Positions 46,460 to 56,188 of a stretch of 64,000 nucleotides of DNA are shown here, piece by piece. Source of the stretch: Salinivirgaceae bacterium (lineage in GTDB: Bacteria; Bacteroidota; Bacteroidia; Bacteroidales; SZUA-534); the NCBI GenBank assembly GCA_024405635.1, contig JAKSOL010000004.1, positions 64,001 to 128,000 on the forward strand. The letters are read 5' to 3'. The notes under the pieces were generated by a model that was given only the letters and a program-made list of their open reading frames with translations, made no database searches and was not told where the DNA came from. The translations under genes were made by a program, and so were the position numbers. Every line of letters begins with the position of its first letter. Position 1 is the first letter of the stretch.

Positions 46460-46467
46460 TAGTTTTG
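46460..46467 (+). promoter_or_regulatory. Candidate -7 promoter element for the wzm-wzt glycan operon
   Basis: TAGTTTTG just upstream of the wzm start. Confidence 0.45.
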
Positions 46468-46481
46468 CAATAAACACGTAA

Positions 46482-47324
46482 ATGATGGAAGCTGAATACA
46501 CCACCATAAAACCGCAATCGAGTCTGCTCGACATTGACATGAAAGAGTTGTGGCGATACCGCGATTTGATTTACATGTACACCAAGCGCGACATTGTTAC
46601 ATTCTACAAGCAGACCATACTTGGTCCGCTTTGGTTTGTAGTTCAGCCTGTTCTTACCACCGTAATGTTCATGTTTGTGTTTGGCAACTTGGCAGGAATC
46701 TCCACCGATGGCATTCCTGGCGTGTTGTTCTATTTTAGCGGCATCATTATTTGGAACTACTTTGCCGACTGCCTTAACCGCAACTCAAAAACCTTTACCG
46801 ACAACCAAAGCGTTTTTGGCAAAGTGTATTTCCCCCGTTTGGTTGTGCCCATCTCCGTAACCATTTCAAACCTAGTTAGGTTTCTCATTCAGTTGGTGCT
46901 ATTTGTTGTAATTTATTTGTACTACATAATTACAGGCGCAGGCATATTGCCTAACCTTTATTTGCTTTTGCTGCCACTGCTTGTGCTGATGACCGCAGGC
47001 ATAAGTCTTGGTTTCGGCATAGTGTTTTCGTCGCTTACAACCAAATATCGCGACCTTACCTTCCTCCTTCAATTTGGCGTGCAACTTTGGATGTACATAA
47101 CTCCAATTATCTATCCACTTAGCAGCATATCGGCCGACAAACAATGGCTAATACAGCTAAATCCAATGACATCGATAATTGAAACATTCAAGTTTGGAGC
47201 CTTAGGTACAGGCGTATTCTCGTGGGGGTGGTTAGGCTACAGCTTCGGATTTATGACTCTAATATTGTTTATTGGCATAATCATTTTCAACAAGATAGAG
47301 AAAAGCTTTATGGATACGGTGTGA
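46482..47324 (+). CDS. wzm: Polysaccharide ABC transporter permease (Wzm/RfbA-like)
   Basis: ELWRYRDL..KRDI..YKQTILGPLW..QP, KVYFPRL, YRDL, TPIIYP, LNPMTSIIE. Confidence 0.9.
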   Translation: MMEAEYTTIKPQSSLLDIDMKELWRYRDLIYMYTKRDIVTFYKQTILGPLWFVVQPVLTTVMFMFVFGNLAGISTDGIPGVLFYFSGIIIWNYFADCLNRNSKTFTDNQSVFGKVYFPRLVVPISVTISNLVRFLIQLVLFVVIYLYYIITGAGILPNLYLLLLPLLVLMTAGISLGFGIVFSSLTTKYRDLTFLLQFGVQLWMYITPIIYPLSSISADKQWLIQLNPMTSIIETFKFGALGTGVFSWGWLGYSFGFMTLILFIGIIIFNKIEKSFMDTV

Positions 47325-47328
47325 ATTC

Positions 47329-47359
47329 GGCTATTTGCTTTTGGCTTTTGGCCATTAGC
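47329..47359 (+). repeat. Heptamer tandem repeat, left arm (GGCTATT TGCTTTT GGCTTTT GGCCATT AGC)
   Basis: 7 bp periodicity; complementary to the right arm at 47760-47794. Confidence 0.75.
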
Positions 47360-47397
47360 AGTGGCTGATGCAAAATTGTTAACCAACAAAAAAAGGA

Positions 47398-47775
47398 ATG
47401 AGAGATTTTAGAAAATATGATGTTTGGAAATTGGCAATGGTCTTAACTAAAGACATTTACAACATTTGCGCTACATTCCCACAAAAAGAGCAATTCTCTT
47501 TAGCAAATCAAATGTGCCGCGCTGCTATATCCATTCCTTCAAACATTGCAGAAGGATGTTCTCGAAGTTCCAATATTGAATTTGCAAGATTTATTGAAAT
47601 AGCTATGGGCTCTGCTTTTGAATTAGAAACGCAATGCGAAATAGCAGAAACCATTAATTACATAACAACAAATCAAAAGGACAGTTTAATAGAAAAACTT
47701 AATATTATTCAGCGCCAATTAAATGCGCTTAATAGCAAAATTAAACCGCAAAAGAAACCAAAGGCCAATAGCTAA
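47398..47775 (+). CDS. Four-helix-bundle protein (23S rRNA intervening-sequence protein family, Avd-like fold)
   Basis: FRKYDVWKLAM, FPQKEQFSLANQMCRAAISIPSNIAEG..R, FIEIAMGSAFELETQ. Confidence 0.92.
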   Translation: MRDFRKYDVWKLAMVLTKDIYNICATFPQKEQFSLANQMCRAAISIPSNIAEGCSRSSNIEFARFIEIAMGSAFELETQCEIAETINYITTNQKDSLIEKLNIIQRQLNALNSKIKPQKKPKANS

Positions 47776-47794
47776 TGGCCAATAGTTAATAGTT
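47760..47794 (+). repeat. Heptamer tandem repeat, right arm (AAAGGCC AATAGCT AATGGCC AATAGTT AATAGTT)
   Basis: 7 bp periodicity; GCTAATGGCCAA (47771-47782) is the exact reverse complement of TTGGCCATTAGC (47348-47359). Confidence 0.75.
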
Positions 47795-47799
47795 TGAAC

Positions 47800-49092
47800 A
47801 TGCCCACAGCAATAAAAATAGAAAACCTAAGCAAGCAATACCGTCTTGGAGTGATTGGCACAGGCACATTGAGCCACGACCTTAACCGTTGGTGGACCAT
47901 GAATGTGTTGCGAAAAGAAGACCCATACCTTAAGATAGGCGAGACCAACGACCGCACCACACGTGGCGAATCGGACTATGTGTGGGCCTTGCGCGACATA
48001 AACATGGAAATAGAGCAAGGCGATGTGGTTGGCATTATTGGCAAAAATGGAGCAGGAAAATCAACGTTGCTGAAAATCCTATCACGCGTTACTAAACCCA
48101 CAACAGGCACAATTAAGTACCGCGGACGCATTGCTTCGTTACTCGAAGTGGGCACTGGTTTTCATGCCGAAATGACTGGACGCGAAAACATATACATGAA
48201 CGGCTCCATAATGGGCATGACACGCGCCGAAATAACCCGCAAACTCGATGAGATTGTCGATTTTGCCGGCATTGAGCGCTACCTCGACACTCCCGTAAAA
48301 CGCTACTCAAGCGGCATGACCGTTCGCCTCGGGTTCTCCATTGCCGCCCACTTGGAACCCGATATCCTTGTAGTTGACGAGGTTTTGGCCGTTGGCGATG
48401 CCGAATTTCAAAAGAAAGCCATTGGCAAAATGCAAGACGTAAGCAAAGGCGAAGGCCGTACGGTACTGTTTGTGAGCCATAATATGGCGAGTGTAAAAAG
48501 ATTATGCAAAAATGGCATATTATTAGAAAATGGACTAATCAAAAAATCGGGATTAATCGACGAAGTCATCGATTACTATATAGACAACTATCAATCAGAG
48601 AAATCAATGCCATATGTGGAAGTGACCAAAGAAATGCATGACAAAAATAGAAGTTTGAAAGCAAAATTTCTTTCGTTTGAACACATAAAAGGATCCACTA
48701 AATATGCAACGGACGAGGATATTGTTTTGCGAATAAAAATATACTCTGATTATGACATTCAAAATTGCAGAATAAATTCAACCGTTTATACATCTGAAAA
48801 AGTGGCAATATGCAATAACTCTTCAGAAGACTATTTCCATATTTATGCTGGCCAAACGATTGATGTTGAATACATCATTCACAATCCCGGATTAGTCATA
48901 GGCAATTACAATATGAATTTTTCTATTGGCATAGGGAATATGACTGAAGGTGAAACCAATTACGATGTAGTGAAAGCTCCTATAACATTTGAGATTGACA
49001 AGCCTTACAAAGATGAGAATAAGTACTATGTCAAATGGGACAAACATGGATGGGGGAACATATACATGCGTACGGAGACAAGAGTCCTTTAA
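47800..49092 (+). CDS. wzt: Polysaccharide ABC transporter ATP-binding protein with C-terminal carbohydrate-binding (Wzt_C) domain
   Basis: GKNGAGKST, LLEVGTGFH, YSSGM, LVVDEVLAVGD, LFVSHN; about 170 aa C-terminal extension. Confidence 0.92.
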   Translation: MPTAIKIENLSKQYRLGVIGTGTLSHDLNRWWTMNVLRKEDPYLKIGETNDRTTRGESDYVWALRDINMEIEQGDVVGIIGKNGAGKSTLLKILSRVTKPTTGTIKYRGRIASLLEVGTGFHAEMTGRENIYMNGSIMGMTRAEITRKLDEIVDFAGIERYLDTPVKRYSSGMTVRLGFSIAAHLEPDILVVDEVLAVGDAEFQKKAIGKMQDVSKGEGRTVLFVSHNMASVKRLCKNGILLENGLIKKSGLIDEVIDYYIDNYQSEKSMPYVEVTKEMHDKNRSLKAKFLSFEHIKGSTKYATDEDIVLRIKIYSDYDIQNCRINSTVYTSEKVAICNNSSEDYFHIYAGQTIDVEYIIHNPGLVIGNYNMNFSIGIGNMTEGETNYDVVKAPITFEIDKPYKDENKYYVKWDKHGWGNIYMRTETRVL

Positions 49093-49109
49093 CAAAAAAA
49101 AACTAAACA

Positions 49110-50054
49110 ATGCAATATCGCACATTAGCGGATTTGAGTAATCTCGTCAGAACCAACATATACATAGTTCCACACGATATTGATTTGGTTGTAGGAATAC
49201 CACGGAGTGGAATGTTGCCTGCAAATATGATTGCACTGTTTCTAAACAAAAAGATGTCCGACATAGACTCTTTTTGCGAAGGCAGGATAATGTCAACAGG
49301 GAAACGCTCTCAATATATTGCCGATACAGATATTAAAAGAGTCTTAATTGTAGATGACAGCGTTAATCAAGGAAATTCAATTAAAGCCGCAAAAGATAAA
49401 CTTACAGTACTGAATGACAAATTTGAATTTGTATATTTAGCTCCAATAGTATCTTCTTGTGGAAAAGAACTCGTTGACATCTATTTTGAAATCATAGACG
49501 ACAGAAGAATCTTTGAATGGAATCTATTTCATCATCCAATTATTGGAAGATCATGCCTTGACATAGACGGCATATTAAACAAAGACCCTGAAATTGATGA
49601 TGATGGCAATATCTACAAACAATTTCTTCATGATGCTACACCTATGTTTCTACCTACAGTAGAAATTGAAACATTGATTACATGCCGTTTAGAAAAATAT
49701 AGGAATGACACTGAATCTTGGTTAAAACGACATAATATTAGATATAAAAATCTTGTAATGCTAGATTTACCCTCACGCGAAGAACGAATCAAATGGGGCC
49801 GCTATGGAGAATTCAAAGGAGAGTATTACAAAAATAACAATCAAGTGTTATTCATTGAAAGCAACAAAAAACAAGCACAAATAATAGCTAACATTTCTAA
49901 CAAACCTGTAATTTGCTTAGAGTGCAATTCTCTTATCTCTCCAGAAACGAGCGTTAAGCTAAAAGAGAACAGCAAAAGTCTTATAAAAAAAATGATAAAT
50001 TTGATTTTACATGGCAAGATTTTTCTCTCTTTATTATTAATAATAGGAAAATGA
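49110..50054 (+). CDS. Phosphoribosyltransferase-like domain fused to a HAD-like domain
   Basis: VVGIPRSG and VLIVDDSVNQG (type I PRTase PRPP loop); CLDIDGIL (HAD motif I); LITCR. Confidence 0.7.
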   Translation: MQYRTLADLSNLVRTNIYIVPHDIDLVVGIPRSGMLPANMIALFLNKKMSDIDSFCEGRIMSTGKRSQYIADTDIKRVLIVDDSVNQGNSIKAAKDKLTVLNDKFEFVYLAPIVSSCGKELVDIYFEIIDDRRIFEWNLFHHPIIGRSCLDIDGILNKDPEIDDDGNIYKQFLHDATPMFLPTVEIETLITCRLEKYRNDTESWLKRHNIRYKNLVMLDLPSREERIKWGRYGEFKGEYYKNNNQVLFIESNKKQAQIIANISNKPVICLECNSLISPETSVKLKENSKSLIKKMINLILHGKIFLSLLLIIGK

Positions 50055-51169
50055 AAATATTAGTATTTACACATAAAAGTAGTTTTTTTGGCGCTTCAAA
50101 ATCTATTTTTGAAATAACCAATGTGCTATGTAGTGAGCATGAAATAACTTATGTCATTCCCAACCATGGGAAAATGGAAGTGGAATTACAAAATGCTCAC
50201 TATAAATACCTTATACTTCCTAATCCTATTTGGACAATCACACCTAAACCTAAAAAATATAGTAATTGGAACTATTCTAAGCACTATATCAAGACGAAAC
50301 TTACATTTCTCATTTCATTTTTATATGCATATAAACAAAGCATCAACACCGTAAGACGATTGAATCCGGACATTATAATTACAAATACAAGCGTAGCTCC
50401 AATGGGGTTAATTGTAGCAAAACACTTGGGAATACAATCCATACTATGGATACGTGAACCATTATGTAATAAGACAGGCTGGCAAATTCCTACAATTTTT
50501 ACAATAAGGCAAGTCGCAAACGTGATTAGCAAGGCTAACATTGTTATTGCCCCTTCAAAATACTTAAAGGATTATTATGAAAATACATTTAAATTAAGCA
50601 ATGTTTACGTCTTGCCTAACATCATTAATTTTTTTCCCAAAAAAATTAATGAACCTCCAAAATATACATTTGGCATGGTGGGGTCGATAACGGAACGTAA
50701 AGGTCAATACGAATTTGCAAAAGCAATGTTAGAGAATACTACCAAAACATCATTAATCATTTGGGGAGAAGAGGGAACTGAATATTCACGGAAAGTTGTC
50801 AATCTAGCAAAAATGAGTAATGGGAGAATTATAATGGGAGGCTATGAAACAAATTTAGATAGGATATACTCGTCATTTCATATTTATGTAAATATGGGAA
50901 TCAACGAGACTTTTGGTAGGACCACCATTGAGGCTATGAGAGCTGGCCGATTGGTATTTGGTCGAAATTCTGGGGCAACACCAGAATTAATTCAACACGG
51001 AATAACAGGCTTTTTATTTAATACGCCGGAAACAATTTTTAATATACTTGGTGACATGGAGTCTTTTTTTGAAAACGATAAATACAATGACATAAAGGTA
51101 AATGCTCTAAAATTTTCTATGAACTATTTGCCGCAGACTATCAAGGAAAATGTGTCATCTTTATTTTAA
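50051..51169 (+). CDS. Glycosyltransferase family 4
   Basis: FGASKS, GMVGSITERKGQ, ETFGRTTIEAM..G, GATPELI. Confidence 0.88.
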   Translation: MKILVFTHKSSFFGASKSIFEITNVLCSEHEITYVIPNHGKMEVELQNAHYKYLILPNPIWTITPKPKKYSNWNYSKHYIKTKLTFLISFLYAYKQSINTVRRLNPDIIITNTSVAPMGLIVAKHLGIQSILWIREPLCNKTGWQIPTIFTIRQVANVISKANIVIAPSKYLKDYYENTFKLSNVYVLPNIINFFPKKINEPPKYTFGMVGSITERKGQYEFAKAMLENTTKTSLIIWGEEGTEYSRKVVNLAKMSNGRIIMGGYETNLDRIYSSFHIYVNMGINETFGRTTIEAMRAGRLVFGRNSGATPELIQHGITGFLFNTPETIFNILGDMESFFENDKYNDIKVNALKFSMNYLPQTIKENVSSLF

Positions 51170-51200
51170 ATAGTCATAGCCACCCTAATTTAATAACACG

Positions 51201-52034
51201 ATGAATAAGAGTCCTTTGTTTTCTGTTTTGATTGCAAACTACAATAATGGTTGTTATTTACAAGAATCAATTGATAGTGTTATAAATCAGACATATCACA
51301 ATTGGGAGATAATAATAGTAGATGATAAATCTACTGACGATTCCTATTCCATATATAACATATATGGATCAGATGATAGAATTCATATTTATTTTAATAA
51401 AAACAACAGAGGATGTGGGTTTACGAAAAGAAAATGTATAGAAATGGCTAATGGGGATTTGTGTGGCTTTTTAGATCCTGACGATGTTATTTTGCCTAGA
51501 GCCATTGAAATTATGGTCGAAAAGCATCAAAAGGAGCCTAAAGCATCTGTTGTTTGCTCTAGACATTATCGTTGTGATGAGCAATTAAATATTTTAAAAG
51601 AAAGCCCTCTTTTGCAAATACCTATTGGTATGGACTATTTTTCGATGAATTCATATAGGCCTCTTCCATTTGCTTCATTCAAGAAAAGTTTGTACTTAAA
51701 AACCCAAGGACTATCCCCTCACTATCTTGCAGCCGTAGATCAAGAATTATATTTTATCATGGAGGATGTCGGATATATTTGTTCTATAAATGAATTTACA
51801 TATAAATACAGGATACACAACAGAAGTGTTGCTCATTCTAAAAATTCTTCAGCGGGATACTGGAATGTGATTGCCATTTATGAGGCTTGTAAAAGAAAAG
51901 GGTTGAATCCTATGATATATTCTTATCCTTTATATCAAAAGTATATTGAACTATATAGTAAATCTACATCCTACAGAATAGGAAGACTATTATTGACTCC
52001 TTTAATTTGGATAAAAACAAAATTGAAAAAATAG
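51201..52034 (+). CDS. Glycosyltransferase family 2
   Basis: FSVLIANYN, WEIIIVDDKSTD, GFLDPDD. Confidence 0.92.
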   Translation: MNKSPLFSVLIANYNNGCYLQESIDSVINQTYHNWEIIIVDDKSTDDSYSIYNIYGSDDRIHIYFNKNNRGCGFTKRKCIEMANGDLCGFLDPDDVILPRAIEIMVEKHQKEPKASVVCSRHYRCDEQLNILKESPLLQIPIGMDYFSMNSYRPLPFASFKKSLYLKTQGLSPHYLAAVDQELYFIMEDVGYICSINEFTYKYRIHNRSVAHSKNSSAGYWNVIAIYEACKRKGLNPMIYSYPLYQKYIELYSKSTSYRIGRLLLTPLIWIKTKLKK

Positions 52035-52048
52035 TTTTGTGCTCAACT

Positions 52049-52858
52049 ATGATTTACAAACATTTCTTAATAACACGATTTAATATCCCGCATAGTTTCG
52101 ACAAAGACAAAAACGGAGATGATACAAAGACAGATTCTTATATGGAAAAAAGAATCTGTCTTTTTGAAACATTTTGTCTTCCTTCCGTACAAAACCAATC
52201 CAATAAGGACTTTGTATGGTTTGTCTATTTTGATAAGCACTCACCTCAGATGTTAATGGACAAAATAAAATCATGGGAAAGGGCGTGTTCTGTTTTTATG
52301 CCCAAATATGTTGTTGATTATGATGAATGGCAAAAACATATTTGTAGCGAAGATATTATTAGTGCTGTAGATGGGCATAATGTTGAATATATTATTACAA
52401 CAAGGTTAGATAATGATGACGCACTTGGCAAAAATGCAATTCAAGAAATACAAAACCATTTCATTTCACAAGACAATACAATTATTGATCTAGTTAATGG
52501 TGCATGCTATGACGAAGAAAACCATATATTTTCAATGTTTCGCTATAATGGAAATCCTTTTATATCTTATATAGAAAAAAAAACATGCGAACTGCCATCT
52601 ACTGTTTATAGAAAGAAACATAATGGTTATGGCGGTGACACCAATATCACTACAATCCTTACAACTGATCCAATGTGGATGCAAGTTATTAGTAACACCA
52701 ACATTCTAAACCAAATGTCATATGGGAGATGCCTATGTTCTATCGGCAAGGACAAGTTTGGATGTGTTGTCGCCATTAACAAAGCCCAATGTCTAAAAGG
52801 CAACATGTTTTATCTTTTATCACGCATAAAAAAAATTATTAAAAAACTATTCACATAA
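52049..52858 (+). CDS. Putative glycosyltransferase (putative rhamnosyltransferase family)
   Basis: HFLITRFN, RICLFETFCLPSVQNQSNKDFVW, TTRLDNDDAL. Confidence 0.75.
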   Translation: MIYKHFLITRFNIPHSFDKDKNGDDTKTDSYMEKRICLFETFCLPSVQNQSNKDFVWFVYFDKHSPQMLMDKIKSWERACSVFMPKYVVDYDEWQKHICSEDIISAVDGHNVEYIITTRLDNDDALGKNAIQEIQNHFISQDNTIIDLVNGACYDEENHIFSMFRYNGNPFISYIEKKTCELPSTVYRKKHNGYGGDTNITTILTTDPMWMQVISNTNILNQMSYGRCLCSIGKDKFGCVVAINKAQCLKGNMFYLLSRIKKIIKKLFT

Positions 52859-52892
52859 TCTTAAACTTCGGTCAATTTATTTGTCGTAATAT

Positions 52893-54077
52893 ATGAGAGT
52901 CTATTATAACATAGCATTTACTATCACCTTATTGACATATTGGTTTTTAACTAAAATATATCCTTATTTCATACGGCAAACACACAGACAATCAGGAATT
53001 TTGTACTTAGAAAACTTTCCAATAGAAAATTCAGGTTATCAGTATAGAGCTTACAAATGGGCTGAAATACTTTCTCAAAATGGTATAAAATGTGAAATAA
53101 AGACAATTCTGCCAGACAAACATGACTTTGACATTTGTAGTCCGCAACGTTTTCTCATTATTTCAATGCGCAAACGATTTTGGCAATGTTTATATGCTAG
53201 AAGGTTTAAAACAGTCATTGTACGAAGAGAGCTTCTTCAGTTCAACGACTATGGCAATCTTTTCATGGAGAAATTCCTACTGAAGATACATCCTAATGTT
53301 ATTCTTGACTTTGATGATGACATTGCATCTGCCAAGCGACAACCTCATGAAATAACCAATTTATACGGAAAACTATTTTTAGAAAATGGGAATAAGTTCA
53401 ATGACTCATTAAGATTATATAGCAAATTCATTGTAGGTTCTGAATACCTTAAAAGCAAGGTATTATACGAGAATCCCGATGTTTCAGATAATTCTATTTT
53501 AGTAATTCCTACTTGTGTGGACTATGATAAATATTCAGCCAAAGAACATCAAAAAGACAATGATGAAATCACACTTGGTTGGATAGGTGGAAATCAGAAT
53601 CTTAATTATTTGGACAAACTAATTGAACCTTTGAACTTATTATCAAAAGACCACAAAATCAAATTAGTTGTTGTTGCGGGTAAAGACTATGAGCACCCAA
53701 ATGCAAGATTCAAGATTGAAAACAAGCAATGGAGCCTTGAAGGTGAAAAGGATTTGATTCGCAGTTTTGACATTGGACTAATGCCAATTGAAGATAATGC
53801 AATAGGTCGTGGAAAATGTGGATTCAAGCTACTTCAATATATGGGGCTTGGGGTCATTGGAATAGCAACAAATGTTACTATAAACGGCGAGATAATTACA
53901 GATGGAGAAAACGGATTCCTAGTTAAGTCCGACAATTCCAATTGGTATGAAGTGTTGAAAAAAGCAGTAGATTTGAATGATAAATTTGTGATAATGGGTC
54001 AAAATGCAAGGAATCAAATACTAAGCAGGTACACATTCTCTTCTAACATCAATAAATATCTAGAATGGGTTTCTTAA
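52893..54077 (+). CDS. Glycosyltransferase family 4
   Basis: [39 protein letters not shown]. Confidence 0.85.
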   Translation: MRVYYNIAFTITLLTYWFLTKIYPYFIRQTHRQSGILYLENFPIENSGYQYRAYKWAEILSQNGIKCEIKTILPDKHDFDICSPQRFLIISMRKRFWQCLYARRFKTVIVRRELLQFNDYGNLFMEKFLLKIHPNVILDFDDDIASAKRQPHEITNLYGKLFLENGNKFNDSLRLYSKFIVGSEYLKSKVLYENPDVSDNSILVIPTCVDYDKYSAKEHQKDNDEITLGWIGGNQNLNYLDKLIEPLNLLSKDHKIKLVVVAGKDYEHPNARFKIENKQWSLEGEKDLIRSFDIGLMPIEDNAIGRGKCGFKLLQYMGLGVIGIATNVTINGEIITDGENGFLVKSDNSNWYEVLKKAVDLNDKFVIMGQNARNQILSRYTFSSNINKYLEWVS

Positions 54078-54721
54078 AAAGAATATGGACTGACTTTAAA
54101 ACCTACTATAAGATAAATTCGGTTTATCCAAGACAATATAAGAATTCCACCATTGAATCTTATATTGTAAATGAGTCTATTATCCCCCAAAATATCATAA
54201 TTAAAAAGGAGGTTTGCATTAGCCAGACATTAACAAGCATTGGAGAATACTCATATATAGGAACCCGTTCTGAGATATTGAACTGCGAAAGGATAGGCCG
54301 ATTTGTTTCGATTTCACACGATGTAAAAATTGGGCTTGATAACCACAAATTAGACGCAATTGGTACTAACCCAATCTTTTATTCACGCAGTAGGGAATGG
54401 GTGGATATTGATTGTAACAAGAAATACATTCCTACAGTAATAGAAAATGATGTTTTGATATCTGCAAATGCCATGATAATGTCTGGCATTACAATTGGTA
54501 CAGGTGCTGTTATTGGTGCAGGTGCGTTCGTAAACAAAGATGTACCGCCTTATGCAATTGTTGTTGGCATTCCAGCAAGAATCATTAGGTATAGATTTGA
54601 TGAAAAGACAATTGAACGGCTACTAACATCAAAATGGTGGGAGAAGTCAAAAAATGAATTATTGACATACAAGGATAAATTTAACAATGTTCCTTCATTT
54701 TTAGAAGAAATTGAGAAATGA
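54065..54721 (+). CDS. CatB-related hexapeptide-repeat O-acetyltransferase
   Basis: [54 protein letters not shown]. Confidence 0.88.
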   Translation: MGFLKRIWTDFKTYYKINSVYPRQYKNSTIESYIVNESIIPQNIIIKKEVCISQTLTSIGEYSYIGTRSEILNCERIGRFVSISHDVKIGLDNHKLDAIGTNPIFYSRSREWVDIDCNKKYIPTVIENDVLISANAMIMSGITIGTGAVIGAGAFVNKDVPPYAIVVGIPARIIRYRFDEKTIERLLTSKWWEKSKNELLTYKDKFNNVPSFLEEIEK

Positions 54722-55884
54722 AACACATTGCAGTACTGTTAAATGGCCCAATAGCAAGCGACTCTCGTGTAATACGCGAAATCAAGACAATGTCGCGCAT
54801 CGCAAATATAGACTTGTTTTACACAAACGGAAACGAAACTGACAACTGCATTTTCGAGAACAATGTGCGCCTTTTCAATTGCATCAAGGAGGAAAACCTT
54901 CGTTCAAAATTCATACGGCATACTTGTTTCTATAACGAATTCATGTTCTTTGTTCCCAAAGTTTTGGAACAAGGCATAGCATATGACTATATCTGGGCAA
55001 ATGATTTACCTGACTTAAAGCCAGCATTGAAGATAAAAAAGGTCATTGGCTCCAAAGTTATTTATGACTCACACGAAATATATATCGGCACTCTGAATCA
55101 ATTTTTTCCAAGCAAGGCAAAGTTTTACAAATCCCTATTGCATAAGACTGCATTGTTCTTGATGACTGCGCTTGGCCATATGGCTGAAAAAAAAATGGTG
55201 AAGCAAATCGATGAATTTGTAACGACAAGTGTTTCTTTTAAAAACTATTTTCAGCAGAAATATAACTTGAGTGACATCAAAATAGTAATGAATTGTCCTA
55301 GGACACAAACTGATACTGATTTTTTTGACTTTAGAAAGGAATGTGATTTGCCAGCCGATTCATTTATTATATTATTTCAAGGTCGGCTCAATGCAGGACG
55401 CGCTCTTATGGAAATGATAGAAGCACAACAATATGTAAAACCAAACATTCATTTATTTGTTTTGGGTGACGGTCCTTTAAAGAAAGATATGATAAATTTT
55501 TGCAACAAGTTATCATTGCAAAATGTCCATTTTATAGATGAGGTCCCCTCTTCTGAATTGTTACATTATACAAGAGGAGCAAATGCAGGAATAAACTTAC
55601 AAGCAAGTATAAACATAAGCAAGCACTTAGCATCGGCAAATAAATTATTTGAATACACTCATTCTGGCATTCCTACCATAGGTTCTGATGTACCTGAAAA
55701 TAAATTGATAATTGAAAAATACGATTTAGGGTTATTAGTTAAAAATGAACCTCAAGAAATAGCATCTGCAATTAATAAAATGTCAGTAATGGATTTGTCA
55801 AGATACAAAGCAAATTGCCAAAAAGCTACTCAAGAATACAATTGGGAAAAACAAGAAAATATGATTTTGCAGATCATTAAGTAA
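54718..55884 (+). CDS. Glycosyltransferase family 4
   Basis: [43 protein letters not shown]. Confidence 0.87.
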   Translation: MKHIAVLLNGPIASDSRVIREIKTMSRIANIDLFYTNGNETDNCIFENNVRLFNCIKEENLRSKFIRHTCFYNEFMFFVPKVLEQGIAYDYIWANDLPDLKPALKIKKVIGSKVIYDSHEIYIGTLNQFFPSKAKFYKSLLHKTALFLMTALGHMAEKKMVKQIDEFVTTSVSFKNYFQQKYNLSDIKIVMNCPRTQTDTDFFDFRKECDLPADSFIILFQGRLNAGRALMEMIEAQQYVKPNIHLFVLGDGPLKKDMINFCNKLSLQNVHFIDEVPSSELLHYTRGANAGINLQASINISKHLASANKLFEYTHSGIPTIGSDVPENKLIIEKYDLGLLVKNEPQEIASAINKMSVMDLSRYKANCQKATQEYNWEKQENMILQIIK

Positions 55885-56188
55885 TAGTTATACTATTGTG
55901 CATGGAGAAATCATGTTCAACTAATAGTTTTACAAGGAGTAGTCATGAATAAAAACACCCAATGATTGTCTTTCCTTAGAGTTTTTACAGAAATGTATCT
56001 CTCCCAAATCAATGGTTAAAAATGAGGTTGGGCAAAATGGAATTATGATAATTTTAACCAAAACATCTACGAGTATTAGTTCAAATATGTGGTTAAAAAG
56101 CGTATTTATGGCAAAAACGCTAGCTTAAATCAAAACATTATTCTATCTAAATACGTATATTATATATTTGATTGATTATAGTCGGCGT

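Noticed and set aside
47398-47775. Diversity-generating retroelement (Avd-like gene, with the similar adhesin C-termini as TR/VR)
   Set aside because: No reverse transcriptase in the window. Differences between the two adhesin tails are mostly synonymous and not adenine-specific, and both copies are coding.
54065-54721. Chloramphenicol/streptogramin resistance acetyltransferase
   Set aside because: It is embedded and translationally coupled within a glycosyltransferase operon, so a sugar O-acetyltransferase is more likely.
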